64,000 bases of DNA from Spirochaetota bacterium (GTDB taxonomy: Bacteria; Spirochaetota; UBA12135; COTS27), in the NCBI GenBank assembly GCA_965249715.1, contig CBDFMP010000047.1:51922-115921 (forward strand). Direction: 5' to 3'. The notes beneath the pieces were generated by a model, which saw only the letters and a program-made list of their open reading frames with translations, made no database searches and was not told where the DNA came from. Positions 50,102-61,600 of the stretch are shown in pieces. A program made the translations under genes and the position numbers. Each line of letters begins with the position of its first letter. Positions within the stretch are counted from its first letter, which is position 1.

Positions 50102-51838
50102 ATGGCAATTGGTAATGTTGATTTTAACGGTAATCATGATTTGGCAATGGTATTTCGTAATGGGGCTATTTATGATGTCCCATTTTTCCAACGCAGCTAT
50201 TCATGGGAAGCGGAGCAGTGGGAGGAACTATGGGAAGAGCTTGTCGCTTTATTAAACAAAGAAACGGATTATCATTACATGGGCTGTTTGGTACTGCAGC
50301 CCAGTCAGCGAGAGAAAAAAAAAGCATTTCGTATTATTGACGGTCAACAGCGTCTCGCAAGCTTTAGTATTATTATTCTTGCAGTACTCAGCCGCTTAAA
50401 TGCAATTATAAACGGACAAACCAATGATGCCGCAGCTGGAAATAAGGATCGTTTTGAAACGTTTGAAAAACAATATATTGGTTCAAAAGATCCCGTTAGC
50501 TTAGCATATTATACTAAGTTAAAACTTAATAAGGAAGATAATAATTTTTATTGCGATAGTCTGGTTCCGTTGAAAAAACCGGCATCAAGGTTTCCTAAGT
50601 CTTATTCACAACGTTTATTAGATAAAGCACTTAAATGGTTTGAACAAAAGCTGGAGGCACTGTACCAAAGTGACGGGGAAGCGTTGGCGAAATTTGTTGA
50701 AACCATTGCAGAAAAGACGTTTTTTACGGTTATTCAAGTTGATGATGAATCAGAGGCATTTGCTGTTTTCGAAACACTCAATGCACGCGGTGTTCAGCTG
50801 GCGCCAACAGATTTGCTAAAAAACTATTTGTTTTCAATAGTTAACAAGGAACCCGATACAACAGCTGCTAAAAAATATCTTAAAATAATGGAGGAAGCTT
50901 GGGAAGGTATGCTCAGTACACTTGGAGCTGATAAAGTCATGGACTTTATCAGAGCGTATTGGAATAGTAAACATGAATTGCCAAAGGGACGTAACTTATT
51001 TAAAACTATACGTCCTAAAGTTAAAATGCCCAAAGAGGCGTTTGATTTAGTCGCTGATTTAAAATTTAACGCTGGTATTTATGCTGTGTTAAGAAATCCT
51101 TATGATCGTAAGTGGGAGGATTTGGGTCAGAAAGATAAATTTGAAAAATATCTTAACGAATTAAAACTTTTTAGCAATATAAAACGGCCATTTCCGTTAT
51201 TATTAGCTGTTTATCGGAAGTATGCAGATACAGATGTCAATAAGCTTTTAACCTTTTTAAGATATGTTAGTATCATTACGTTTCGTTATAATGTCATTTG
51301 TGGTCTTGAGACGCGAGAACAGGAAGCTGTTTACAATAAAGCAGCACTAGCAGTTAATGAAAATAACTTAGACGATGCAAAAAGATATTTGCGAACATTA
51401 TATGGTAAAGTAGAAGATTCCACTTTTAAAGAGGCATTTTCAACGAAAGATATTAAGCGTGAAAAAATGACTAAATATATTCTTGCTGAATTAGAAAAAG
51501 ATGAGAGCGAGGGGCAAGGGAACTTTGAAGTTCCTGCTAGTGTTACGGTTGAGCATATATTTCCTCAGGGAGACACGCATTGGGATGACTGGCCAGCTAG
51601 TCCTGATTTAAAAGAGCATATCTTTCGTTTGGGTAATCAGACCTTGCTAGATGCCGGCGATAATCGAAACTTGGATAATAGTTCTTATGATAATAAAAAA
51701 GCTGTGTACCGCAACTCTCAATACAAGCTCACTTCTTCAATCCCCGATGAATTTCCTGAATGGAACGTTGAAAACATTAATGCACGTCAAAAAAATATGG
51801 CTAAACGTGCCGCTCAGCTCTGGCGCATCGACTTTTAA
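50102..51838 (+). CDS. GmrSD-like DUF262 (ParB-like, DGQQR) plus DUF1524 (His-Me finger) nuclease, a type IV restriction-like defence protein
   Basis: 578 aa. N-terminal FFQRSYSWE and IIDGQQRLAS motifs. C-terminal EHIFPQ and GNQTLLDAGDNRNLDNSSYDNKK (H...N...N) motifs. Own promoter-like tataat at 50065-50070 and an SD gagggga. Confidence 0.8.
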   Translation: MAIGNVDFNGNHDLAMVFRNGAIYDVPFFQRSYSWEAEQWEELWEELVALLNKETDYHYMGCLVLQPSQREKKKAFRIIDGQQRLASFSIIILAVLSRLNAIINGQTNDAAAGNKDRFETFEKQYIGSKDPVSLAYYTKLKLNKEDNNFYCDSLVPLKKPASRFPKSYSQRLLDKALKWFEQKLEALYQSDGEALAKFVETIAEKTFFTVIQVDDESEAFAVFETLNARGVQLAPTDLLKNYLFSIVNKEPDTTAAKKYLKIMEEAWEGMLSTLGADKVMDFIRAYWNSKHELPKGRNLFKTIRPKVKMPKEAFDLVADLKFNAGIYAVLRNPYDRKWEDLGQKDKFEKYLNELKLFSNIKRPFPLLLAVYRKYADTDVNKLLTFLRYVSIITFRYNVICGLETREQEAVYNKAALAVNENNLDDAKRYLRTLYGKVEDSTFKEAFSTKDIKREKMTKYILAELEKDESEGQGNFEVPASVTVEHIFPQGDTHWDDWPASPDLKEHIFRLGNQTLLDAGDNRNLDNSSYDNKKAVYRNSQYKLTSSIPDEFPEWNVENINARQKNMAKRAAQLWRIDF

Positions 51839-51860
51839 TACTTAATATTCATCATTCACC

Positions 51861-53813
51861 ATGCGATACAACTTCGACGTCGTTGTTATTGGGGCGGGAC
51901 ATGCAGGGCTGGAAGCCGCGCTGGCTGCTGCTAAATTAGGACAGTCAACCGCGCTGATCACCATCAATACCGATCACATTGTTTATATTTCCTGCAATCC
52001 GTCGATTGGCGGCTTGGGGAAAAGCCATATTGTCAAGGAGCTGCACGCCCTAGGGGGTGCAATGCCCGCACTCGCCGATCGCTCCGCTCTGCAATATAAA
52101 CTACTCAATAAATCGAAAGGCATGGCTGTTTGGTCATTGCGCGCGCAGATTGATAAATATCAATATTCCCGCTGTGCAAGTGATGCTGCTCTTTCCTGTC
52201 CCAAGCTTCAAGTCATCCAGGATCGCATTGACGAGCTGATTATTGATAAAAGCGGGGGAGGCAAGACAACCGCGCGTGTCCTGGGAGCAGTGGGGGAGCG
52301 CGGCACGGAATACCGTGCTCAGGCTGTCATCCTTGCTACCGGCACTTTTCTTGGCGGGAAGCTTTACATTGGCGACCACACCATACAGGGGGGGCGCCTT
52401 GGCGAGCTCAGCTCCACCAAGCTGGCGGCAGCACTCAAACAGTTTAACTTTAAGCTGGAACGATTGAAGACTGGGACTCCCGCGCGGGTACATAAGGATA
52501 GCATTGACACAACAGAGCTGGCCGTGGAGTGGGGCGATAACGATGAACCGTTGGCATTCACCGATGATTTCTCACTCAATCAAAACCCGCGCCTGCCGTG
52601 TTACATCACCTACACCAATGAAGCCACGCACGCTGTCATTCGCAACAATAAGGCGTGTTCGCCGATTTATTCAGGAAGCATTACCGGTACAGCGCCGCGT
52701 TATTGTCCATCCATTGAGGATAAGGTCTTTCGTTTTGCAGGAAAAACCAGCCACCAACTTTATTTGGAACCTGAAAGCGCGCACACAAAAGAAGTTTACA
52801 TTAATGGTCTCTCATCCAGTATGCCTGAGGACGTCCAATACGCTATGCTCCGTACCATTAAAGGTTTGGAGCAAGTGCGTGTGATCAAACCTGCCTATGC
52901 CGTAGAATACGATTACATTGAACCGACGCATATGCGGCATACATTGGAAAGCAAGCTGATTGCGGGGCTTTATTTTGCGGGACAAGTTAACGGTACATCG
53001 GGTTATGAAGAAGCTGCCGGTCAAGGGTTTATGGCCGGGGTCAACGCTGCCCGTAAAATTGCCGGTGCTGAGCCCTTCACGCTCAGTCGCACTGAAAGCT
53101 ACATTGGTGTCATGATAGACGATTTGGTCCTTAAAGGTGTGCGTGAACCTTATCGCATGTTCACCTCGCGTGCCGAACATCGCCTTTCGCTGCGTTTGGA
53201 TAATGCCGATCTTCGCCTCTTGCATTATGGTGTTCACTTAGGACTGGTGAATGCCGAGCGTGAAGCTGCGTTTAAGGAGCGCTTAAAAACATTGAAAACG
53301 CTTAAACAGCAACTTGCCGTGACAACACTGCCTGCTGATGAGCTTGCCGCCTGTTATGGCGATACGGCGTTGCCCGAGCATAAACTTTCCTATTTGCTTA
53401 CACGCGGAGATACTCCTTTTAGTAAATTACTGAGGCTCAGCGCCCCCCTGCTGCAACCCAACTTCAGCACCGCCTCCCCCGCCAGTAAAGCCCAACTCCT
53501 TCGCAATCTCAGTACCGCCGCTTGTGATATTAAATATCAAGGCTACATTTCCAAACAAGCCAAAGAACAAGCACGCCTGCACAAACACCTCAACCATAAA
53601 CTTCCGCATGGCTTTGATTATGCTGCCATCAGTAGTCTTAAATTAGAAGCGCGTGAAAAGTTACAGTGCATTCAGCCGTGTACACTGCTGGAAGCCTCGC
53701 GCATTCCCGGTGTTAAATCCAGTGATCTGGAAATTCTCCTCTGGACCCTCACCAAAGCTCGTCGCAATAAACCCGCTGCCGCCGCAACGTCCATCGCAAA
53801 ATCCAATAGCTAA
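51861..53813 (+). CDS. mnmG: tRNA uridine 5-carboxymethylaminomethyl modification enzyme MnmG (GidA)
   Basis: 650 aa. N-terminal FAD-binding [23 protein letters not shown] and GidA-typical blocks throughout. Confidence 0.95.
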   Translation: MRYNFDVVVIGAGHAGLEAALAAAKLGQSTALITINTDHIVYISCNPSIGGLGKSHIVKELHALGGAMPALADRSALQYKLLNKSKGMAVWSLRAQIDKYQYSRCASDAALSCPKLQVIQDRIDELIIDKSGGGKTTARVLGAVGERGTEYRAQAVILATGTFLGGKLYIGDHTIQGGRLGELSSTKLAAALKQFNFKLERLKTGTPARVHKDSIDTTELAVEWGDNDEPLAFTDDFSLNQNPRLPCYITYTNEATHAVIRNNKACSPIYSGSITGTAPRYCPSIEDKVFRFAGKTSHQLYLEPESAHTKEVYINGLSSSMPEDVQYAMLRTIKGLEQVRVIKPAYAVEYDYIEPTHMRHTLESKLIAGLYFAGQVNGTSGYEEAAGQGFMAGVNAARKIAGAEPFTLSRTESYIGVMIDDLVLKGVREPYRMFTSRAEHRLSLRLDNADLRLLHYGVHLGLVNAEREAAFKERLKTLKTLKQQLAVTTLPADELAACYGDTALPEHKLSYLLTRGDTPFSKLLRLSAPLLQPNFSTASPASKAQLLRNLSTAACDIKYQGYISKQAKEQARLHKHLNHKLPHGFDYAAISSLKLEAREKLQCIQPCTLLEASRIPGVKSSDLEILLWTLTKARRNKPAAAATSIAKSNS

Positions 53814-54091
53814 GCTTGTACAAGTTCTTCTAAGCTTAAAGGTAAAGGCGTTGTGCGAGTGATTTTTAACGTTTGTTTGTGTTGTCTGCTGAAGCCTGCT
53901 TAACAGACGCTGACTTTATTAACACTGCGAGCCTTAGCGGTACTACTAAGAGGTTTTTTATTGTTTACATTGATTATGTGCTTGTTTTTAATGTTATACT
54001 TCATAAAATATGTTTAGTACCAACATTTTAATGTGAAACTATGGGATGATAACTTAATTTTAACTTTCAAATATTATTAAAGAAATTAACT

Positions 54092-57000
54092 ATGAAAATT
54101 ACTGATTTTATAAGCTTAAAAAGTGCGTTACTTTTACCTCTTGCATTTACTGCGTGCAGTGTTGCCGATGATGCCAGCATACGCACGCTCACATTTGAAG
54201 AAATGTTAGAACCTGCAATCACTCTCACCGATGCTAACGGGGAAGAGTTTTTCGGCGCTTCTGTCAATATTGAGTTTAATGACGATACGACTGGCGAGTC
54301 TACGGACGGCACTATTTTCGTTAACGGTTTTACGAATGTTTGTTCCAATCCGCCCTGCACGGACGCTGAGCTGCAGGAGCCCATCGGCCGCCTTACCATT
54401 ACTGGAATGTCCGATACTTTTACCCTCGCAGAGGACGCAGCAAGTAATGTCATCGACATACCTGATCAGGAAGGCGCTGCCAGCATCTCAGGTAACTTAG
54501 GCAACATTGTCATCACACGCACAAGTGACAAGGCGCTCCGCACCTATGCTGTCATTGTTCAGTACAGTGGGACGCTTGTCACTGAAATTGTCGACAATGC
54601 CGGAGGCTTTGTGAATGTCATTTCCCCAGCTATGGCACCTATGGCTAGCGCTACTTTGGGCTACCAAGCGACAACAACTGCTGTATGGGACGAAGAGGTA
54701 TTAGTCGTCACTGATATGGTGAACCTACCCGGTGATACCGCAATGGGAACGGTTTCTGTTACTGCCAGCGAACTTCCTGCTGGCTACTATGTCATGCCTT
54801 ACACCTATACCGACCCTGCCGGCACAAAGGCTGTCGCACTTATGGGTACACTTACCATTGCTGAAGGCGATGAAAATACACTAAGCGTAGCTTATGAGAA
54901 CCAAGCTTCTTACGACAACCTGCGCATTGAGCTAACTGAAGCGCCTGATCTTGCAATCACTCCCCAAGACCTGATCATCTCAGTAACGAATACGCTCAAC
55001 AACGATATCGTCCTTGACGCTGGGCACTTCGTTATTAATTACAACCATTTTACCGTTACCATCACTGACGCTACTATTTTTCACAATTTAAACGGAGCTG
55101 AGTTAAGTTTAAGCAGTGGTTCGCTTAGCCTTAGCGGAACAGAAAATAGCGCTTTTGATATTGATGCCGCAAATATAACTACCGTGTTTACGGATCCCAT
55201 CGGTACTGAAGCTATCACTACCAACCTCAATACTTTCAGCGTAACAAAAGATGCTATTTCTATTGACTACTCGCTTTATTTGACGTTTGCAAGTACTTAT
55301 AACTTCGAGCTGGATAGTGAGGTCATTGCTGACATGGAAACAGGTGTATCCGCTCCTTTTGTTATTGCAGCTTGCGATAACCCAACCAGCTCTATCTTCA
55401 CTATCGCCACTGACGGCACGACCAACTATTTTGCTAATGTGAGCGGACGTGTTAATTATTATTATAATAGCGCGATAGATGCTAATAACACCAATACCAT
55501 TGTCCTTACGGCTGATGATGGCAGTAGTTTGGATTTTACAGGAGCCATTGCTGTACAGAAGTGCGACAGTTTTGCAGGCGGCGATGGCAGCGCTGGCAAT
55601 CCCTGGCAAATTGATAACGATATGCAATTAGACCTTATGAGCCGCCTCATTAATAATGATGATGCCGCTACAGCTACATATAGTGACTACGGCGATGATG
55701 CCTACATCCTCACTGCGAACATCGATATGAGCATTCCCGAAGCGCCATGGGCAGAAGGTAGTTTGCACCCCAATGCAAATACAAACGGCTTCATACCCAT
55801 TGGCAAGAGTGTTAATCCTATCGGACTCTCAGTCTCACATCAAAGCAACAGCTTCAAGGGACAGCTGAACTGTGAGGCTAACAACACCCGCTATGCTATT
55901 GCGAATTTATACATTAACAATACAAATGACACTGCAGCTGAGAATACTGAGGGAGTTTTTATCGGTCTTTTCAGCGTTCTCACTAATGGCGCTGTGATTA
56001 CAAACTGTACATTGGAAAATGCTTCTATAACTGGATACCAAATTGTAGGAGGCATAGCAGGATATGCGTATAGTTCAAATAATGAGAATATTAGTATTGG
56101 AAGTAATATCGTTGCCAATAGTAGTATCACGGCTAATAGTAGCCGCGTAGGCAGTATTGTGGGAGTTATTTATAGTGTACAAAACAGCAGCATTGTTATC
56201 AGCAGCAATGCCGTTACAAATGGCAATGTTTCAACTGGCAATAGCTACGCAGGCGGCATCATAGGAGCTTCCACTAGTTCAGGCACCAGTACTAATACTA
56301 TCAGTGGCAATACCGTTACTGATGGAAGTATCACGGCTGACAATGACAACGCAGGCGGCATCACAGGGTATGTGGCTAGTTCCGGTGGTAATACTATTGT
56401 CAGCATGAATACTGTTACTGGCGGTAGCGTCACGGTAAACGATGATAACGCAGGCGGCATTGTGGGATATATTCATAGTTCACAGGACGCAAACAGTACC
56501 ATAAGCGGTAATACTGTTGCAAACGGCAATATCACCGCTAGCAACAATTTCGTAGGCGGTATTGCAGGATATATGTATAGTGGAGAGAGGGGCGGCGGCA
56601 CCCTCAGTAATAATGTTGTTACAAATGGCACCATCAGCGTAAGCTTCTATGATGCAGGCGGCATTGCAGGAGTGATGTATAGCACATCCTTTGGCAGCAA
56701 TGCCCTCAATGACAACGTCGTTACAAATAGCAGCATCACAGCTGATAATACAGCAGGCGGCATTGTGGGAGATGTGTATAGTTTAGAAGATGGCAGCAAT
56801 ATCATCAGCACGAATAACATTAGTGGCGGTAGCATCACGGCTAACATAAGCAACGCAGGCGGCATCGTGGGATTTATGTATAGTGAAAATGCCAGCAAGA
56901 GCAATGTCATCAATGCCGCGTTTGCCGCCACAACCATTACTGCCAGCAATGGAAACGCCGGCGGAGTAGTCGGGTACATTCTTCAGGGAGGCATCACTAA

Positions 57001-57445
57001 CAGCTTTTTTATGGGAACCATTAGTGCTGATAGCGGTACAGTTGGCGGTGTCGTGGGTTTTGTGACCGATACCACGTCCACTATCACCAACTCTTATGCG
57101 GCGGCAATTGTAACGGGTATTCCTGATACTAGCTATGGATTGGTGCCCACCAGCGTTACGGTCAACCATAGCTACTACAATAGCACATTGCACACAGGCG
57201 CAGCCGACAGTGCTGAGGGAACAGTCGCGCAAAGCCATGACGTGCTGCGATACCCCAGGGGCAGTAGAGGCATTTATGCGAACTGGGATGAAGCCAGTTG
57301 GGATTTCGGCACTGACGATCAGTACCCCATGCTGAGAGGATTGCCACTTACGGCTTCCGAGCAGTGCGGAGTTGCCGATGCTGCGCTTACCAGTGTGACG
57401 TTTAACTGTGGAACGGGTACGGGCGATACTGGTTACGATGATTAA
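54092..57445 (+). CDS. giant surface lipoprotein with an N-terminal Cys-x-x-Pro-Pro-Cys module and ~13 tandem GLUG-like 29-aa repeats
   Basis: 1117 aa. Lipobox LAFTAC-S. N-terminal module CSNPPCTDAE...IPDQEGA is paralogous to modules in 58617..63817. Repeats have consensus N-x-V-T-N-G-x-I-T-A-x-N-x-N-A-G-G-I-V-G-Y-x-Y-S. Ends ...NCGTGTGDTGYDD. Confidence 0.7.
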   Translation: MKITDFISLKSALLLPLAFTACSVADDASIRTLTFEEMLEPAITLTDANGEEFFGASVNIEFNDDTTGESTDGTIFVNGFTNVCSNPPCTDAELQEPIGRLTITGMSDTFTLAEDAASNVIDIPDQEGAASISGNLGNIVITRTSDKALRTYAVIVQYSGTLVTEIVDNAGGFVNVISPAMAPMASATLGYQATTTAVWDEEVLVVTDMVNLPGDTAMGTVSVTASELPAGYYVMPYTYTDPAGTKAVALMGTLTIAEGDENTLSVAYENQASYDNLRIELTEAPDLAITPQDLIISVTNTLNNDIVLDAGHFVINYNHFTVTITDATIFHNLNGAELSLSSGSLSLSGTENSAFDIDAANITTVFTDPIGTEAITTNLNTFSVTKDAISIDYSLYLTFASTYNFELDSEVIADMETGVSAPFVIAACDNPTSSIFTIATDGTTNYFANVSGRVNYYYNSAIDANNTNTIVLTADDGSSLDFTGAIAVQKCDSFAGGDGSAGNPWQIDNDMQLDLMSRLINNDDAATATYSDYGDDAYILTANIDMSIPEAPWAEGSLHPNANTNGFIPIGKSVNPIGLSVSHQSNSFKGQLNCEANNTRYAIANLYINNTNDTAAENTEGVFIGLFSVLTNGAVITNCTLENASITGYQIVGGIAGYAYSSNNENISIGSNIVANSSITANSSRVGSIVGVIYSVQNSSIVISSNAVTNGNVSTGNSYAGGIIGASTSSGTSTNTISGNTVTDGSITADNDNAGGITGYVASSGGNTIVSMNTVTGGSVTVNDDNAGGIVGYIHSSQDANSTISGNTVANGNITASNNFVGGIAGYMYSGERGGGTLSNNVVTNGTISVSFYDAGGIAGVMYSTSFGSNALNDNVVTNSSITADNTAGGIVGDVYSLEDGSNIISTNNISGGSITANISNAGGIVGFMYSENASKSNVINAAFAATTITASNGNAGGVVGYILQGGITNSFFMGTISADSGTVGGVVGFVTDTTSTITNSYAAAIVTGIPDTSYGLVPTSVTVNHSYYNSTLHTGAADSAEGTVAQSHDVLRYPRGSRGIYANWDEASWDFGTDDQYPMLRGLPLTASEQCGVADAALTSVTFNCGTGTGDTGYDD

Positions 57446-58432
57446 TACCCAACGTACATAACCCTTGCTTTTGCGGGGACGCGGGGCATAGTGGGGAAGG
57501 CTTGCCATGCTCCGCCTGTTAATGTTTTTAATTGCCGTTGCCCATAAAATCAGCGGCGGCGGCTTTTTCTTCCAGCAGCTCACGGCGGGTGGCGTTCAAC
57601 TTCTTCTGAGCAAGGGTGTCATGGGCACTGGCAGCGGATGAAGAGCCGCGCGCCTTGAATGAGCGTTGCGCCGCCGTTGCTGAACATTGTCGATAAACTC
57701 GCCGCGCAGCCAGCTTTCGTTGTCAATGACAGTCGTGACGGGTTTCGTGTCAATGGTGCCGGTGCTATTGGCAAACTATTGGCAAAATCGAAAAATTGGG
57801 TGCTGGAATGCCAGTAGCTGGGATTTCGGCGCTAATGACCAGTACCCCATGCTGAGAGGACTGCTGCTTACAGCTTCAGAGCAATGCCAAGCCGCGGATG
57901 CTGCGCTTACCAGTGTGACACTTAACTGTGGAACAGGTACGGGCAATACTGGCTACGATGAGTAAGGCACACTAAAACTCACCGCGCCGCTTGCGGGAAC
58001 GCGGGGCATAGTGGGGAAGGCTTGCCATGCTCCGCCTGTTAATGTTTTTAATTGCCGTTGCCCATAAAATCAGCGGCGGCGGCTTTTTCTTCCAGCAGCT
58101 CACGGCGGGTGGCGTTCAACTTCTTCTGAGCAAGGGTGTCATGGGCACTGGCAGCGGATGAAGAGCCGCGCGCCTTGAATGAGCGTTGCGCCGCCGTTGC
58201 TGAACATTGTCGATAAACTCGCCGCGCAGCCAGCTTTCGTTGTCAATGACAGTCGTGACGGGTTTCGTGTCAATGGTGCCAGTGCTATTGGCAAACTATT
58301 GGCAAAATCGAAAAATTGGGTGCTGGAATGCCAGTAGCTGGGATTTCGGCACTGACGATCAGTACCCCATGCTGAGAGGATTGCCACTTACGGCTTCCGA
58401 GCAGTGCGGAATTTCCAATAGCTAAGCTTGTA
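57446..58432. repeat. two ~520-bp tandem units, each a ~290-bp segment of unknown origin plus a copy of the last ~55 codons of the lipoprotein gene. The array ends in a 26-bp copy of the mnmG 3' end
   Basis: C-terminal copies at 57800-57965 and 58320-58405; genuine at 57280-57445. tccaatagctaagcttgtacaagttc occurs at 53801-53826 and at 58407-58432. ORF-track 57687..57965 and 58207..58425 are the copied fragments. Confidence 0.75.
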
Positions 58433-58616
58433 CAAGTTCGCATAAATTTAGCGGTATTGTACGGTTGATTTTTTTAGTTTTATTTGTTAAATAAAACAAC
58501 CCAAATTGCTAATCTGTGTTATTATTTAACCTAAGATACTTTAACTGTATATAAGACACTAACACTTCCGCATGAAAAATAAAAGTGGAATAGTTTAGCT
58601 TTTCAAATTAGGAGCC

Positions 58617-61600
58617 TTGATTATGAAATTCACTCAAACAACTTCAACAAAACACTTCACCCCGCCCAAAAAAATACCTAAATTTGTTTTTGCTTTCCTC
58701 ATAAGCATCTTATTCTCCGTTTTCACGGCATGTACCACCGCCGATGACAGCACTTCCACTCGCTTAACGTTTGAACGGGCATTGGATGACGCTATCGCAC
58801 TTAACAATGTTGACGGCAGTAGCTCACTTCAGGGTGCTATTGTTCGCTTTGAGCATACAACCAATGATAACGGTGAAACCACCGGCGATGGTACTATTAT
58901 TATTGAAAATATCACCAATATCTGCTCCAGCCCGCCTTGTGGGGTTGCTGAAACTGCCGATATCGGTACGCTTGTGCTGTCTTATAATGACAATTCTTTT
59001 ACCATCGCCAATAATCCAGCTTTCACCATTACTGACACAGCAGCTTCCCTGTCTATCCCAGACCAAGACGGCGCTGTTGCTGCAAGTGTTACATTAGCTA
59101 CCATTACCATCACCAGGAACAGCGATGCAATGGACTTCAACTACGACATTATCGCCGATTACAATGGAACTCCTGTCGCTAATATTATTAATGCCATTGT
59201 CTCCACTCCTGCTGATATTACAAAAATTATCAATGCCACCTTTGATGCTGTTGAACTGGAAGCAACCTTAGATGCTGCTTCCGCTACTATCGCCCTCAGC
59301 GGCATCAACCGCGTCAATGGCAGCGGTGTTATCAGCATTAATGACAACGACGACGGCACGCTCCCAGCTGGCTTCGCGGTCACTAAACCTGACGGCACAG
59401 CTTACACTTTCGCCGATCCCGATGATGCCGACATTACCAATTATGACGCCACCCCGCTAGCTGAAGGCATGCTGAGCATTGCTGAACGTGTGGATAATGG
59501 CGACGGCACCTTCGGCGATGTTGTGGGCGGCAATGAAGCCAGGTTCACGGTTACATTCGCCTTAGCCGAACTCAGCGGCTTCGGTAAAACTTTCCTCAGC
59601 ATCGCTGACCCAGACGGTAATGACCTCAACGGTTATGACATCACCGTGACAACAAACGACGCCACTACTGGTACCATTGCCATTAGCGGTCTTATAAATG
59701 CCTGTGCCACGCCGCCCTGTATGAACGCAGGAGGCGCCATCGGTACACTCATCTTTACTAAAGAGAATGCCGCTTTCATCATTACTGCCGATGGAGACTT
59801 CATCGACGCCGGTACAACCGTCACCCGTAGTGTCCCCGACCAGGACGGTGCCGGCGCTATAGCAGCTGTTGCCTTGGGCAACATTACTATCTCTAACATT
59901 GATGACGCTGATGAAATCAGCTATGCCGTTACTGCCACTTACACAGGCACACCCGTTAATGACATCATTGCCAACGCAGCAGGCGGCATCGCTGACCTCA
60001 TCACCGCTACGTTTACTTACGGTACTTTCACCAGTCAAACACTCACCCCAAGTTTGAACGCCGAGTTTGATACCATCACCCTTGCAGGTACCAATACCTA
60101 CTCGGGCACAGGCGCTATCAATGGCATTGACACTGTCCTCCCAGCTGGTTTCACCGTCTCCACCCCAGACGACACGGACTTTACTTTCAGCGACCCCGAT
60201 GATGGTGCCATCACTGAAACCAATGCCACCTTAACTACATCGCTCACCATTGCTGAAACGGGTACGGATAACAGCAATGATTACAGCATTATGCTGGACT
60301 TAGCCGCACTCACCTTGTTTGATGAAACGTTCCTCAGTCTCAATGACGCTGACGGCAACACCGTCACCGCTGATAATGCCATCATCGTAGCCACAACTGA
60401 AGACCCTGACCCAGCTGTCAGCTCAGGCGCCATCACGCTTAGTCAAATCACAAACTTGTGTACCGCCCCGCCCTGCAGTGATGCTGAATCGGATGCTGTT
60501 GTCGGTACGCTCATTCTTACTAAGGATAACGCTTTTAGCTGTTGCGTTCAGCGCCACTTTCAGCCGATGACGACACCACCGCCACACTCAGTCTCCCCGA
60601 TCAAATTGGTGCGACAAATACAAACGTTGATTTTGCTGCTGCAACCAATATCACCATCACGCGCGGCGATAATGCTGTCATCACTTATACCCTCAGTGCC
60701 GCTTACAGCAGCACTGCTGTCGCTGACATCATTGCCAATGCCGTAGGCGGCGTGCCTGCCCTTATTAAGGCTACATTCAGTGGACGTGACCTCATTGCCG
60801 AGCTCAGCGCTGACGGCAGCACCATCGCACTCAGCGGCACCAATGCCGCAACACCCGTCGACGCCGACCCCCCAGCAGGTGCCATTAACGCCAGCAGCAT
60901 GCTCCCAGCTGGCTTCTTCGTCACTAAAATTGACGGCACAGCTTATACAGCTTATACCTTTGCTGACCCTGACAATGAAAATACCAACGATTATCTCGCC
61001 ACTACGCTGACTGAAGGCATGCTGAGCATTGCTGAACGCGCGGATAACGGCGACGGCACCTTCAGCGATGCTGTGGGCGGCAATGAAGCCACTTTCACGG
61101 TTACACTTGCCTTAGCTGAACTCTTAGAACTTAACCAGGTAAATTTTAGCATCAATGCCCCAAGCGGCACTCCGCTTGGCACGGATGTTTATTCCATTGA
61201 CGTGACAATAAACGATGACGCCACCGCCACCGGCACCATCGCTATTAGCGGTCTGACTAATGCCTGTGCCACGCCGCCCTGCATGAACGCAGGTGATGCC
61301 ATTGGCACGCTCGTTCTCACTAAAGATGCCGCCGCTTTCACCATTACTGCCGATGGAGACTTCACCAATGACACCGACACCGCCACCGCCACCCTCAGTA
61401 TCCTAGACCAGGACGGCGCCGGCGCTGCAGCAGCTGTTACCTTGGGGAACATTACCATCTCTAACCAAGGCGCTGATGAAATCACCTATACCGTTACTGC
61501 CACTTACACAGGCACACCCGTTAATGACATCATTGCCAACGCAGCAGGCGGCATCGCTGACTTCATCACCGCTACGTTTACTTACGGTACTTTCCCCAGT

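Noticed and set aside
57687-58425. ORFs 57687..57965 and 58207..58425 as genes
   Set aside because: They are duplicated C-terminal fragments of the 54092..57445 lipoprotein within the repeat units. They lack an N-terminal signal and proper start.
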